Shown: positions 26,153 to 39,283, numbered from the stretch's first letter. The stretch: 64,000 nucleotides of DNA from Octopus sinensis (GCF_006345805.1 NC_042998.1:36084001-36148000), one strand, 5' to 3'. Numbers and translations: made by a program. Notes: generated by a model not told the origin, from the letters alone.

Positions 26153-28173
26153 CTAGCTTAAGGTGACCCGCTCTACGCGCGGGTAAGAGTGTGGTTGTTA
26201 TTTTCTGTTGCATCCTTTCGGCACGTAAAAAGCACCATCCGAACGTGGCCGATGGCAGCGCCGCCTTGACTGGCTTCTGTGCCTGTGGCACGTAAAAAGC
26301 ACCAACCGATCGTGGCCGCTGCCAGTTCCCCTCCCCCCGTGGCACCTGTGCCGGTGGCACGAAAAGAGCACCCACTACAATCACGGAGTGGTTGGCGTTA
26401 GGAAGGGCATCCAGCTGTAGAAACACTGCCAGATCAGACTGGAGCCTGGTGCAGCCTCCTGCCTTCTCAGACCCCGGTCAAACCGTCCAACCCGTGCTAG
26501 CACGGAAAACGGACGTTAAACGATGATGATGATTCTCCCTCTTTGTTTCTCTCTCCTTTCTCTCTCCCTTTCCCACTCTCTTACTCTTCCTTTCTCTCGG
26601 TCTCTCCCTCGCTTTCTCTTACTCTCTATCTTTCTCTCTCTCTCTCTCTCCCATTTATAAACAACAAAAGATCTTGAGTAAGTTGAGAAAGAAAGTAGTT
26701 TGAAAGATCAATCATAAATATCAGGCAGTGACAACGGAAAGGTCTGCTTCAAGGCAAAAAGCAAAACACTAACATTTAAAAGGGACAGACGAACTTGCGA
26801 GCTGAATAAAAATAAAAAAATATTGGAAACCAAAGTTTGAAAGGATAGAATCTGAGGATAGTAGAGTCACCATGGCTGGCATTTCTTAACGACGGACAGT
26901 AACATAGTGGCAGTTTAACGGCTGGCGTAAAATTTTGAACTTGATGTGAAAGAAAATTCCTAAACACCAAGCTTTGAAGTGATTCTTTCTCACGACAGTA
27001 GACTCACCATGGCAAGCATTCAAAACTTCTTCATCATGGACGGCAACACATTGACGATTTAAAGGCTGGCGCAAATGTTTTAGCTTCATGTAACAGAGAA
27101 TTCCTAAACACCTGCTCCTGTAAATTTTAATCCCCTTCAAGCCCCATTTAGACCCCTTTTCACATTTTGGTTAATATAACCCGATTTCATTCCGGTCTAC
27201 TCGGGTCACATTTTATAAGATGAGGAATTTTGTCGTAGAGGTCACGCCTTTTATTTGAGGAAAAAAATAGTTGCCATGCAAACTCGCCAGCACTTTTAAC
27301 ATAGGTGTGCATATATTCAGCACAGCCGACCACATAATGCACGCATTATATATATATATATATATATATATATACGCATTATATATATATGTGTGTGTGT
27401 GTACGCATTATATATACAAATGTATACAAATAAATTAAATTAGAGATAAAACCACTATTAGGCAAATCAAACAGTGAAAAACATGAACCAAAACATAAAA
27501 ATAAAAATATAATATACAAAATATATAAAATATAAAATTAAAAAATTTGAATTATTTAAATTTAAAATTAAAATTATTAATTTATATTTATAATTTTAAA
27601 AAAATATATAACTATCAAAAAGTATTAAAAAGTTTAATATACATATTTATAAATAGAACACACACACATATATATATAAATTAACCCAATAAATATCTGA
27701 TTCATAATATTTGTTCTCATTATTGTGTGTTGGTGGTGGCGATGATAATTCTGTCTATGAATGCAGACAGACGTAGAGAGAGAGAGTGTGAAAGCGCTGT
27801 CGAAGGCGGGGAGGGGGAGATATAGAACGCTGTTTGACGACGTTATAAAGAGAAAGTGAAGGGGAGTTAGACGCTGTTAAACGACGTTATATATAGAAAG
27901 TGATGGGAAAGGAGGAACGAGAGTGAGTGACGGAGGAAGACAGATACATAAAAGAATGAGAGTAGACTTGTCAAAGTGCGTTTTTGGCCCTAGCAACGGC
28001 ACCTTTTAAGATAGGGATTTCTAACCTAGCCCACTGGCATCCTCACCTCATTTTACATGTCTCTGTAAATTTTGGAGTCAATCCGACGGGATCTAGTGGC
28101 CTTTAACCCGTTCTCAATGCCAAAACCAGACAAACAAACAAACTTTTCGCATTTCAGATTTATAATATAGAGA
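26153..28173 (-). mobile_element. Non-autonomous Helitron, 2021 bp
   Basis: 5' end A|TCTCTATATTATAAA at 28173 with a subterminal (TTTG)n. 3' end CTAG|T at 26153, with hairpin ACCCGC/GCGGGT (26166-26184) 9 nt from the CTAG. A|T target. Confidence 0.88.
26207..26532 (+). mobile_element. 5'-truncated retroposon with RTE-like tail, nested in the Helitron
   Basis: Repeated GGCACGTAAAAAGCACC, then GTTGGCGTTAGGAAGGGCATCCAG and tail CGGACGTTAAAC(GAT)n. Confidence 0.75.
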
Positions 28174-28252
28174 TAAATATATACAGTAAGCACAAGGGTA
28201 TAAGTACGTCACTAATGTGTGTGTACATATATTTATACACACACACATACAT

Positions 28253-28856
28253 ATATATGGAAAAAAAAAGTCAAGGTAGAAAATGGTAAAATAATTTTAT
28301 AAAAAATATTTCAGTACTGGTTTCAGTCATTGAGACTTTTTGAACTGTAAGTATGAAAGACAATTAAATTTTGGAAAAATTAAAAGAAAAGTTTTTTAAA
28401 AGAATATTTGCACAGTATTCAAATACAAGGGGCATTTTCCTTGTTTCTACCTGTCTCTGTCTCTCTTGTTTACTCTTGTGGGTTCGAGGTCGTTGTGAAT
28501 TCTTGGCAGAGAAGAAGAAGGAGAAGGAGGAGAATGACAATTGATTGATCTTCAACTCTGAATGCATTTGCTGTACAAAGGGCACGTTCTCCTTCTTCTC
28601 TGCTAAGAATTCACAACGACCTCGAACCCACAAGAGTAAACAAGAGAGACAGTGACAGGCAGAAACAAGGAAAATGACCCTTGTATTTGAATACTGTGCA
28701 AATATTCTTTTAAAAAAACTTTTCATTTAATTTTTCCAAAATTTAATTGTTTTCCATGCTTACAGTTGAAATAGTTTCAATGACTGAGACCGGTATTGAA
28801 ATGTTTTTTTTATAAAATTACTTTAGCATTTTCTACCTTGACTTTTTTCCATATAT
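28253..28856. mobile_element. Foldback/MITE-like palindrome with about 270-bp arms and a 50-65 bp loop
   Basis: Left arm ATATATGGAAAAAAAAAGTCAAGGTAG...GGAGAA is the reverse complement of right arm TTCTCC...CTACCTTGACTTTTTTCCATATAT, with scattered mismatches. Confidence 0.85.
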
Positions 28857-28883
28857 CTCAACTCGTGTGTTCCTCTTCAACCT

Positions 28884-28943
<60 letters not shown>

Positions 28944-29499
28944 ACACACACACACATATATACAGTAAGCACAAGGGTGTATATATATATATAATATAAA
29001 AATGGAACAAAAACGCAGTAGAGAACATTAAAACATTTGGACAGGTAGACGATACAAAGGCAGGCAAGAGAAACAACAATTAGAAGGATAGGTAAAAAAA
29101 AATACGGGTCATTCGTGGCTTTCTTTCCTCAGTCAAGTCCCAGAAGTCACGATTATTTTGGGCAGTTACACTTGAAATGGCTTGATGTGGTTGCCCCCCC
29201 CTCTCAGTCTAAGCTAAGAGCATTAGACCCCTTTGTAAGAAAGCTAACGAATGTGTACAGCAACAAAGGCAAAAAAAAAAAAGCCCCCCAAAACGGAGAA
29301 CCTTTTATATATATATTTATATACATACAACACATAAATACGCATGATTCTCTCACACACGCATGAATATAAAAATGAGAAAGTTCCCGTATATAGGGAT
29401 GTATACATAAAAACCAGTCTCTTTAAATCTGGCCATACTGAACATTACTGGTGACATACATTATATAATGGCATCAAATAATTAACGATAATTCTAAGT

Positions 29500-29700
29500 T
29501 TGACTTAAGGCCAGTAATTTTGAGGTGAGAGAGCGAGTCGATTACCGTACTTAACTGGTACTTTATCCGAAGGATCTCAAAAAGGTGGAAGGCAAAGTTG
29601 GCCACGGCGGGATTTGAGCTCAGGCCGTAAGAGTCGGAAGAAATACCTTGAAGCGTTGAAAGAAATGCCTTAAGTATTTTGCCCAACACACTCACGATTC
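29500..29700 (-). mobile_element. Decayed SINE family C
   Basis: AACTGGTACTTTATC...GGCAAAGTTG...GATTTGAGCTCAG. Confidence 0.7.
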
Positions 29701-29785
29701 TGCTCGCTCACTACGAAATAATTTACAATAATGTCTCAATGTACTGTTCACTTATTCGCGGTACAGACACGTTCTAGACATTTAA

Positions 29786-30620
29786 GGAGAATGACAGTTG
29801 ATTGGTCTTCAACTCTGAAAGCATTTGCTGTACAAAGGGCACGTTCTCCTGTTCAGAAAGTTGCACTGAGGTCAGAAATCAATAGTGGAAGGAGTGACTA
29901 ATCATTTCCTATCAACGCTCGCCAAATTATCGGCGGAATCATCCAGTTTGCAGCCATTTACTTTGGGGTTATATTTGTTAAAATTCTTGCGAAGCTTATG
30001 GCTACCAGGAAAGTGTTTATTAACTAAATTTAGAAAGAACTTGGCAATATAGGATCTGACGTTCAAACAGGAAAAGGATTTCTAACATATAACTTTAATT
30101 TTCCTGGCATTTCTAGCATTAGGGAATCCCCGTGGAGAGATATACGCTATCCAATATTTGAAGCAGCATCTACTTAGAACTTTATAAAATACGGAACCAC
30201 TGTTAAAGTAGCCTTTATTAGAAGATATTTCATTAATCAAGCTCCTGATGTTTTTGGGTAAGTTTTTTTTTTTCCAGAATATTAAACAAACGGTTCCAGT
30301 CTTTGTGAATGGAATATAAAGCCACATTAAGGTTTTCTAAAAAGGCTGTGAGTTTCAGATGCTAGATTCAGAGTAATATCCAAAATGTTGACTATGTTAC
30401 TGTTTGTATTCACTGTAATTTTAATATAAAAACTTCTAAAAGTATTAATTCGATCTTTTGTAAAGAAGGTGTGATTAATTGGGGGCCATTTTCTTTCGGA
30501 TTAATATTAGACGTTTCATAAAAAGCTTCGAGGAAGAGAAAGAAGAATCAGAAAACGGTCCACAGTCACCATGACGATATATGACTATCTTCTGCAATAA
30601 ATCAGGTGATCAGTAAACTG
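29786..30620 (-). mobile_element. Penelope-like element fragment (RT C-terminus, thumb, CxCx5C linker)
   Basis: Translates to IKITVNTNSNIVNILDITLNL...FRKP, KNLPKNIRSLINEISSNK, NVRSYIAKFFLNLVNKHFPGSHKLRKNFNK and CNFLNRRTCPLYSKC. These are typical of C-terminal-endonuclease PLEs, probably Hydra-type. Confidence 0.85.
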
Positions 30621-30734
30621 GGCCGGTCACTGGTTTCCACGTCACTCCTAGCCCTTTAGTCACTTTGATTAAAGTGATTGAACGAGTAAACGGGTGATTA
30701 TTTATTTTTTACATAATTTTAATCACAATAATAT

Positions 30735-30953
30735 TCTTTTATTCTTTTACTTGTTTCAGTCATTTGACTGTGGCCATGCTGGAGCACCACCTTTAATCGA
30801 ACAAATCGACCCCAAGACGATTTTGTAAGCCTAGTACTTTAGTACTTATTCTATCGGTATATTTTGCCGAACCGCTAGATTACCGGGACGATGGTGGTGG
30901 CGGGACAAACATGTATGAAAGAAGCCTGTCGTGTGTGTGTGTATATATATATA

Positions 30954-30993
<40 letters not shown>

Positions 30994-31139
30994 GACAGGC
31001 TTCTTTCAGTTTCCGTCTACCACAACCACTCACAAGGCTTTGGTCGGCCCGAGGCTATAGTGGAAAACACTTGCCCAAGGTGAACCCGGAACTATGTGGT
31101 TAGTAAGCAAGCTACTTACCACACAGCCACTCCTGCGCC
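30735..31139 (-). mobile_element. SINE family A with internal deletions
   Basis: Head and tail present. Confidence 0.88.
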
Positions 31140-31900
31140 CACATTTATAAAATTCTGTCCGTTCCTCTTTCAATTTTTGTCTCTCTCCCTTTCCGTATCC
31201 GTATATAAATGATTATAAACGTACATGAATACACATATATAGAAATACAAATCTACACATCAACCTTCTCGTGTGGCGGCGTGTCAGAGAGTGGTCATAA
31301 AATGGGTGTCCCTTTAGACGCAGGCATTAATACATAAATCTGTAGTGTTCCATCTCACCATCTGTTTTTCTCCCTCATCTTGTCCCTTCGCACTGTCACG
31401 CACACCAACAAATACACACACACACACACACTTCTCTTTCCTATTTCACTCTCTCTATCTCTTCCCCTCTCTCTGTCTGTCTCGCTATCATTTAATAAGG
31501 CAGAGTTTGGTAATAAATTCTAGCATTCTTTAATCACATAAGATTCCGTTATCTCCCCAGTCATGTCTGATTAGTAATAGCCAAAGGTTTTTGTCAAATA
31601 GGAAATGTCAGAGACCTGATGGTCAGTCCGTGCCATTCCGCGTGATGATAAAGTAGATCGGCTTCATATGGTTTCTATGGCTTATCAACAGAACAATATT
31701 GATTCTTCTCCTTCTCCTCCTCCTCCTCATGTCATACTACTTGACGGTATGCAGTGAAATAGCAACGAGGCCGGACGGCATGACTGCACATACGTATATG
31801 CGAGGCTATATATACTAATATGTTTGTCTGTCTATCTGTCTGTCTATCTATATCTGTCTAGCTGTCTGTGTATATGAATGTGTATGCATATTTATACACA

Positions 31901-31935
<35 letters not shown>

Positions 31936-32712
31936 ACTAAGTAATTAAGGGTTTAGCAACGATTTGCCTCACCACACACCGAATTTAGAAATAGCAGTCA
32001 AAAAGTTTTGGGCCCATCTAGGAATGAACGATAAAAACCAGTTATTTTCATTAAAACTATTCATTTGAATAATGTTATGCTATAACAAAACTGCTATGAG
32101 TTATTATTCATTAAACAAAAAAGAAAGAAAGCAGAATTTCTCACCTTATTTGATGTATAACAGAAAGTTTTGTGAACCAGAAGTGACGTCATCAAGCAGA
32201 GTGTAGGAGAATTTGTGAGGAAAAAAAATCTTGCAAATACACAAATCATTTAACCTACGAGCTGTTCAAAACGTCTTACGCGATGAGAAAACTTAGTACG
32301 GTGTGATTTCGGTCCTTGCGAGGCGCTACCTATATCTATTAAACAAAGGAAAATTTGTCTGCATCTGCACTCCAAGTTGTTGTTGCACTGCTATGTCAAC
32401 ATCATTAGGCTGTAGACTCTCAAACTGCTCTGCAAACAAAGTTACGTCATCGTTCTGCGCAACAGTGAACTCACAACAAAGCAATAGTTCGAGATATGGC
32501 CACTAGGTGACAGCAAATACCTTGAGTGAAGAGAAAATCAAGGGTGCTAATTAATTTCTGACGGTAGTGTATATACTATATATATATATATGTATATGCA
32601 CACATATATATATATGTATATACACACATATATATATATGTATATACACACATATATAAACTATATATATATGTATATACACATATATATTCACATTTAC
32701 ATAAAGAGACAT

Positions 32713-32748
<36 letters not shown>

Positions 32749-33789
32749 TTTCATATACACACAAACAAATACATCCATCCATATATATGTATACGTGCGC
32801 GCGCGCTTGTGCGAATTTATGAATGGCTGTGAGAAGGTATGCGTTCACGTATTTATTAATGCATGTACCTTAAGCAAGATGGACATTTATGAAGCTATAC
32901 ACTTGTATAGGGACATATTGACACGTATGTATAATTAAGCGTATGTCTGTGTTGTATACATGTACGAAGACTGGTGGACAGAAAGAATCGGTAGGGTGTC
33001 AAACTAAACAACTATCTCTACATTTAATTATATATCCCTCTGCATTTCGAATGATTCCACGTGTGTGGACTTTGTCGCTAATCCCCGCAAAGTTTAGGTT
33101 AGTCCAAGACTCGATTTTATCCACTGTGTCATTCAACGAAATATGTGATCGTAACAGTGGTGGAGACTACTATAGGAACTAAGTGACCCTGTGCCGTCAA
33201 TAATGACGGCTAATTGTAGTATTTTATATATAAATAAGGTACATAATAATCACACATACATTCACATACTTCCTTGTACATGCACACACATACACACATA
33301 TACTCACAGTGTTAAAACGCTGATTTTTTCACCCCTACCTTCCTTATTAATCTATCACCCCTTCCTTTCTATCATTGCTATTACTTTCTCTCACTCCCTC
33401 GCAGTCAGGGCTATTAGTCTCACTACTTCTCCTTCACTGAATTATTTTCTCTCCTCCTCTGCGTGATTCTGGACAAATACATACATACATATACATATAT
33501 ATATATATATGTATATATATATAACACAACGTTTATTATTATATTAGGAGATGTATAGATATGCATGAGTGTGTGTGTAAATGACATAGTTAAGTGTTTA
33601 GTCCCCATTTATCATCTCTGGTTGAGTAAACACGATATGAACAACTATGAAGTGCTTTCTTTAGGCCCCTGGTTCTGGATATACCATAACTCCGCCCACT
33701 TAAGGACTATACTGCGCATCCCGATGTGTTGCAGTTTGGGTATGTTGTATCCATTCTGCTGTCAAGTGTAATTCTGAAGGGGTGACCAC

Positions 33790-34290
33790 AACATCATCAT
33801 TGTTCGACCGTGGTCGAGACAATAGAATTTACCATGCTACGCCAGACTTCACGGTCCATCATGGCATTACGGAGGTCCTGTTGCTGGATGCCTGTATCCC
33901 TGGAGATTACATCAGGGTAGGAGAGTGTGCGCCCTCTGGTATTGCGAGTAGATGGCTTCCAGAGGAGAAGAGTAGAATTTACTTCTTTTTCAGCTCTACA
34001 ACAATGTCCAGCAAACTGGACTCTTCTACCTTTCACAAGAGGTGATACAGGTGGTAGTTTCCCATATATTTGCATTTTGGTTGGATGGCGCTTCCACGAG
34101 AGATTTTGAGCTCTCATAAGTAGGCGAGTGTAGGTTCCATCCAACCGCCTCTCAAGCTTCTTTGATAACGTCCAGGTTTCTGAGCCGTATAGTAGAATTG
34201 GTTCGACTGTGGCTTTGAAGATTTCAGTTGGTGAAGTTGAATTCAGTTTCGAGCTCATTATCAGCTTTTCCCTTGCATTCTATCTGGGGG
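33790..34290 (-). mobile_element. RTE/RTE-X-like LINE 3' end
   Basis: ORF 33797-34258: IFKATVEPILLYGSETWTL...LDGTYTRLL...FAGHC...DREVWR, then an (ATG)n tail. Confidence 0.9.
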
Positions 34291-34321
34291 TCCCTACTAC
34301 TGTTTCTGTAGGTGTATGGAT

Positions 34322-34632
34322 GCAGGAGCATGGCTTAGTGGTTAGAATATTCGGTGCAAGATCGTGAGTTCGATTCCGGGCGGCGTGTTGTGTCCTCGAT
34401 GAAAATATTTTGCTTTACGTGGCTCCAGTTCACGCAGCTGGCAATAAGGGTTGTGCCTGTAATTCAAAAAAAGGGGCCAGCCTCGAAACACTTTCACACT
34501 GCACTTCCCTGAGAACTATATTAAGGGTACGCATATCTGTGGAGTGCTCAACCACTTTCACGTTAATTCCACTAGCAAGCTGTTCCGTCGATCGAATTTA
34601 ATAGAACAGTCGTCGTCGTAACTGGAGTGCCA
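34322..34632 (+). mobile_element. SINE family E
   Basis: A box TGGCTTAGTGG, B box GAGTTCGATTCC; body and tail as 13270-13590. Confidence 0.8.
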
Positions 34633-35050
34633 TTTGCCTGAGTGTATGTGTGTGAGTGTGTGTATGCGTGTGTGTATGTTTGTATGCGTGTATGTATGTA
34701 TGTGTGTGTGTAGTGTGTAGGTATGTGTAGCGTATAGGTGTGTGTGTGTAGGTGTTTGTGTGTAGGTATGTGTGTGTGTAGGTATGTGTGTGTGTAGGTA
34801 TATGTGTGTGCACATTTCTGTGTGTGCATGTGTGCGTATGTGTGTGCATATGCATGCGTGCGCATGCATGTGTGTGTGTGTGCGGCGATAGTTGAATTCC
34901 TACTTAAAACTAATTTCATAATAAAACTCGACTCTACTTTTAGTATTGAGTCTCTCCGCCTCACTTAATGTTCGGTTGGTATTCCTTAAAGTTTCTTTAA
35001 AATGACCGCCATGTTATTTGAAACATGAATATGTTTAAAAGATGAAGAAT

Positions 35051-35460
35051 AGGCGCAGGAGTGGCTGTGTGGTAAGTAGCTTGTTTACCAACCACATAGT
35101 TCCGGGTTCAGTCCCACTGCGTGGCACCTTGGGTAAGTGTCTTCTACTATAGTCTCGGGCCGACCAAAGCCTTGTGAGTGGATTTGGTAGACGGAAACTG
35201 AAAGAAGCCCGTCGTATATATGTATATATATGCGTGTGTGTGTTTGTGTGTCTGTGTTTGTCCCCCCTAGCATTGCTTGACAACCGATGCTGATGTGTTT
35301 ATGTCCCCGTTACTTAGCGGTTCGGCCAAAGAGACCGATAGAATAAGTACTGGGCTTACAAAATAATAAGTCCCGGGGTCGAGTTGCTCGATTAAAGGTG
35401 GTGCTCCAGCATGGCCCCAGTCAAATGACTGAAACAAGTAAAAGAGAAAAGAGAAAGAGA
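35051..35460 (+). mobile_element. SINE family A, full length
   Basis: Close match to the other copies. Confidence 0.92.
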
Positions 35461-36529
35461 AATATATTCGGAGGAAAGATGATGAGTTTGATACGGAGCC
35501 GAAACCTAATCTAAGAAAGAACTTTATAGATTAGGTTTCTCATGAGGACATCAAACATCTAATAGTGAGAGAACAAGATTAAAGAGGAGATTTATGGACA
35601 AGTTCCACTAATTTCCACCCCAGATGTACGAACGGTACACTTTATCAGCTTCTGCTGATCACCAGACCGTATCAGATGTTATATTTTGGTAACTTTGCTT
35701 CCTAATGGAGAACGAAGGCCTCCTTAACAGTATTGATGTTGTTGGCAGAGATACCCAACAGAAAAACCGAGGATATACCAAGTCCGCGGAGGGTGGGGGA
35801 ATGGTCAGAAATTCTCGGTTATATAACGCATCTCGGTTACATAACCATAACCTGGTTACTTACGTTACATTAATTTAGCTGAGCGTTTCATTCGGAAAGC
35901 AATCCCAGAATAATTTCAAACTATGAATTTAAGCTCTATAAATGTTGCCACTACTTTTAGATATTTGAAGCATTATATGGCTTGACTGCTTCTCATCAAC
36001 TGATGAATGAAGCCGTAATTACGAGAACAATTTATATTCTTACCAACCAATCACTACACTGGCTTATTGGAATGCTAAAACTCTCAGAAAATCGTGAGAC
36101 TGTTGAATCGATCGTTCTCATAATATGGGATAGACATCATCTATTGAAAGTACAGCAATAGAAGAAGAAACAGCATACTCTATTGGAATGGTATAGCAGA
36201 TAATTTCGTGGCAGCACCATTTACTCTATATTAACCATTTTATTTTGCCACCCAAAGGCTTCATAGTACAATAATGTCATCGCGATTCATTTCAGTACAT
36301 TTTGGAGAGCAACTTGTTGACACCATAATCAGCGAAATTCATGTGGAATGAACACACATACCCAATGTTTTAAGTGATGAAGTTCCAAGGAACAACACAT
36401 TGGTACTCTTGGCAAATGGAACACAATGAATGGCTCACAGAATGAACATAATTTTGAACTTTGAGCGAAATTTGATATTGCCAACCGACCTAAGAAAATG
36501 GTAAGTTTCATCAGTTTTTAGTAGCCCTT

Positions 36530-36945
36530 AAAGTTCGAAACATGGACGCTCTCTGAAGCATTGAAGAAGCAGTTGAACGGTTGTTATACGAGGATGCTTA
36601 GAATGGCACTCAGTGTCTCCTGGAAGAGTCATACACCAAACGCCGACTTATACCAGGGACTACCAAAAGTAACATTGAAGATACAGCATAGACGGATGAG
36701 GTTAGCTGGACACTGCATGGGACATACCGATGAAATTGCTAACAAGCTTGTACTCTGGCAAACAACGAAAGGAAGAACCAGGAGAGGAAGGAGGAAGACG
36801 ACCTATATCGACAACTTGCTGGAGGATACTGGTATGGAAGGGGTACAGGAACTGAGGACCATTATGGAAGATCAATATGAATGGGTAAAACGTGTGGAAA
36901 CAGTCTTGGGGCGTACTGAGGAACAACCTAAATAGATAGATAAGG
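36530..36945 (+). mobile_element. RTE/RTE-X-like LINE 3' end, second family
   Basis: ETWTLSEALKKQLNGCYTRMLR...RLAGHC...GRTRRGRRKTTYID, then an (ATAG)n tail. Confidence 0.9.
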
Positions 36946-37559
36946 CTCGAATATTAAACACAATGCCCCAAAATTCTCCGTACAATCTTGTTACAAAATT
37001 ATACAGCGAAGAATTGATCTTCGTACCAATGGGATTAAATACTGATTGCTAGTCTCTGGGTCTTACAGTGTTGTATATCGTCGAAAATTATGTAACAGTG
37101 AACATCTACAAACAACTTTTACAAGAGAATACTGGTAAGTTTCAAGACTGGAGCTTTGTACTGTAAAAGTGGTTATGATGAGGTGTGAAATTCAAAATTG
37201 GTTTGGTCTTTTAAGCAGCCCCCAAAACACTGAACGATCATAGTTCAAGGGTGATATCATTTCTGTGATTACACAAAATTAGTTAAGCATATAATGGCAG
37301 AAGTACTGGAGGGTGCCTCTGTGGAGTCACTCGATTGGCTAGGAATAGCAGTCGAATCTCTCTAAAATTAAATACCGCCACCATTTTAGAAGAGAAGGAC
37401 GTATTGGTTAATGCAGTTTTAGATGTCTGGAAAAACAAATATGGAACGGTCATGGATGGAATAGCTTTTATTGTAGATGTGCTCGTCAAGGACGAGCTAA
37501 GGTTAAACGACAACAGAAACAATGCAACTGGATGAGGAATGAAAGAAGATTAAGTTAAA

Positions 37560-38045
37560 TACTACCAGACACACAAGGAAAGACGCACACACACGCAGAC
37601 GCACACACACACGCAGACACACATACACACAAAGACACACACATAGACACAAACACACACAATACAGAAATGCACACAGATGCACGTGCACAATACAAAA
37701 AGACACACAAACACACACATACATACACGTGCACGCGCATATACGCACACAGACACACATACAGATATACAGATATACAGACGCACGCACACATACGCAC
37801 ACATACAAACGCACACACAAAACACGCACGTGTGCACGTACACACATACAGACGCACACATACACAGATACACGCGCTCACACACACACACACAAAGACA
37901 CACGCACGCACACTAAAAAAACACAAACACAAACACACACACACGCATACATATACACAGACATGCACGCGCGCGTACACACACACACTCACGTACGTAC
38001 GCACGCACACTCACATACAGACACGCTCATACACACACACACACA
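37560..38045. repeat. Long degenerate (CA)n/(CG)n tract
   Basis: Alternating purine-pyrimidine run; source of the H/T-rich spurious ORFs. Confidence 0.95.
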
Positions 38046-39097
38046 AGAAAGACGCGTACACACAGATGTACTTGTTGGAAGCAGCTAATGTCATCACGGA
38101 ACGTGCTTCCTTGCGAGGCGACAGTTATAAACGGCGACAGCTTCTCTCCGCCAGGTAGCTGTGTCAATATATCGTCAAAACCAGAACGCTTATTATTATT
38201 ACCTGCAGAAATCTACGATAACAAAAACAAATGAAGAACCGTTTCCAATTCCTTCTCCGTACAAACAATCCAGCTGCTGCTCAATCTCATTTCTTCAAAC
38301 CGACGTTGATTGAAAAATCACCACCTTTTGGCCGGAATATAGGCAAACAGAGACAAAAGAGTGAGAGCAACATAGCACCGAGTGACGACAAGAGTTGGAA
38401 ATTGCATTGATTTCCCTGAGACATGATTCCAGTGTGTAATTTCAGAAATTTTGGATACCAGAAATCTTCTCCCTGGCTGAGGCATTGCAGTTTAAATGTT
38501 ACAATTCAAGAAAGACGATAGCTTGGGGGTTTAATCACCAACTGTGGTGTTATCCGGAATGTTGTCTCAACAAAGATCTTTGCATTCAGTTTATTGTTTT
38601 GTCCAAAAGTTATCCAAATTCAACAGAAATGTGAAGAAATCTGCCGTAGCCATGTGTTGTGGTCGTATTTAAATTGTAAACAGCTCTTGGAGCAAAATAA
38701 AACTCCTTATAATATTCTTGCAAAATCTCGTGTTCAATACGTCGGTAATCTGAAGCACGGATAATCGAAAAAGCTCTTTAAATATATAATCCTTTCTATT
38801 ATAGATACAAGGCCTGAAACTTTGGGGGAGGGGAACTAGTCGATTACATCGACCCCAGTGTTTCATCGGTACTTAATTTATCGACCCGTCGTAATTTGCT
38901 CTTTAAATGTATAACGACACGCCTATAAACCTAAGATCTATATATCAATGCATATCCTGACAGAATGTATTTCCTTACGTACGATTTGCTTACACATGCT
39001 CACATGTAAACATTCAAATAGCGATCCACCCTTTCCCTCGTTTAAAAGCTATTGATATCACACTAAACTTGGTATACATTATTAACATTTGGCGGAT

Positions 39098-39283
39098 AGG
39101 TGCAGGAGTGGCTGTGTGTTAGGTAGCTTGCTTACTAACCACATGGTTCCGGGTTCAGTCCCACTGCGTGGCACCTTGAGCAAGTGTCTTCTACTATAGC
39201 CTCGAGCCGACTAAAGCCTTGTGAGTGGATTTGGTAGACGGAAACTGAAAGAAGCCCGTCGTAAATATATATATATATATATT

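Noticed and set aside
30177-30263. Possible 80-bp plus-strand exon (AG...GG|GTAAGT)
   Set aside because: It is the antisense strand of the PLE RT thumb region and the peptide is unrecognisable.
33714-33741. Peptide RIPMCCSL resembling RVPMCCSL in the minus-strand ORF at 36329-36511
   Set aside because: An 8-residue match is expected by chance among all six-frame pairs, and the flanks do not align.
37283-37540. Non-repetitive 66-aa ORF
   Set aside because: No recognisable domain or splice context; possibly a decayed LINE end, which I cannot support.
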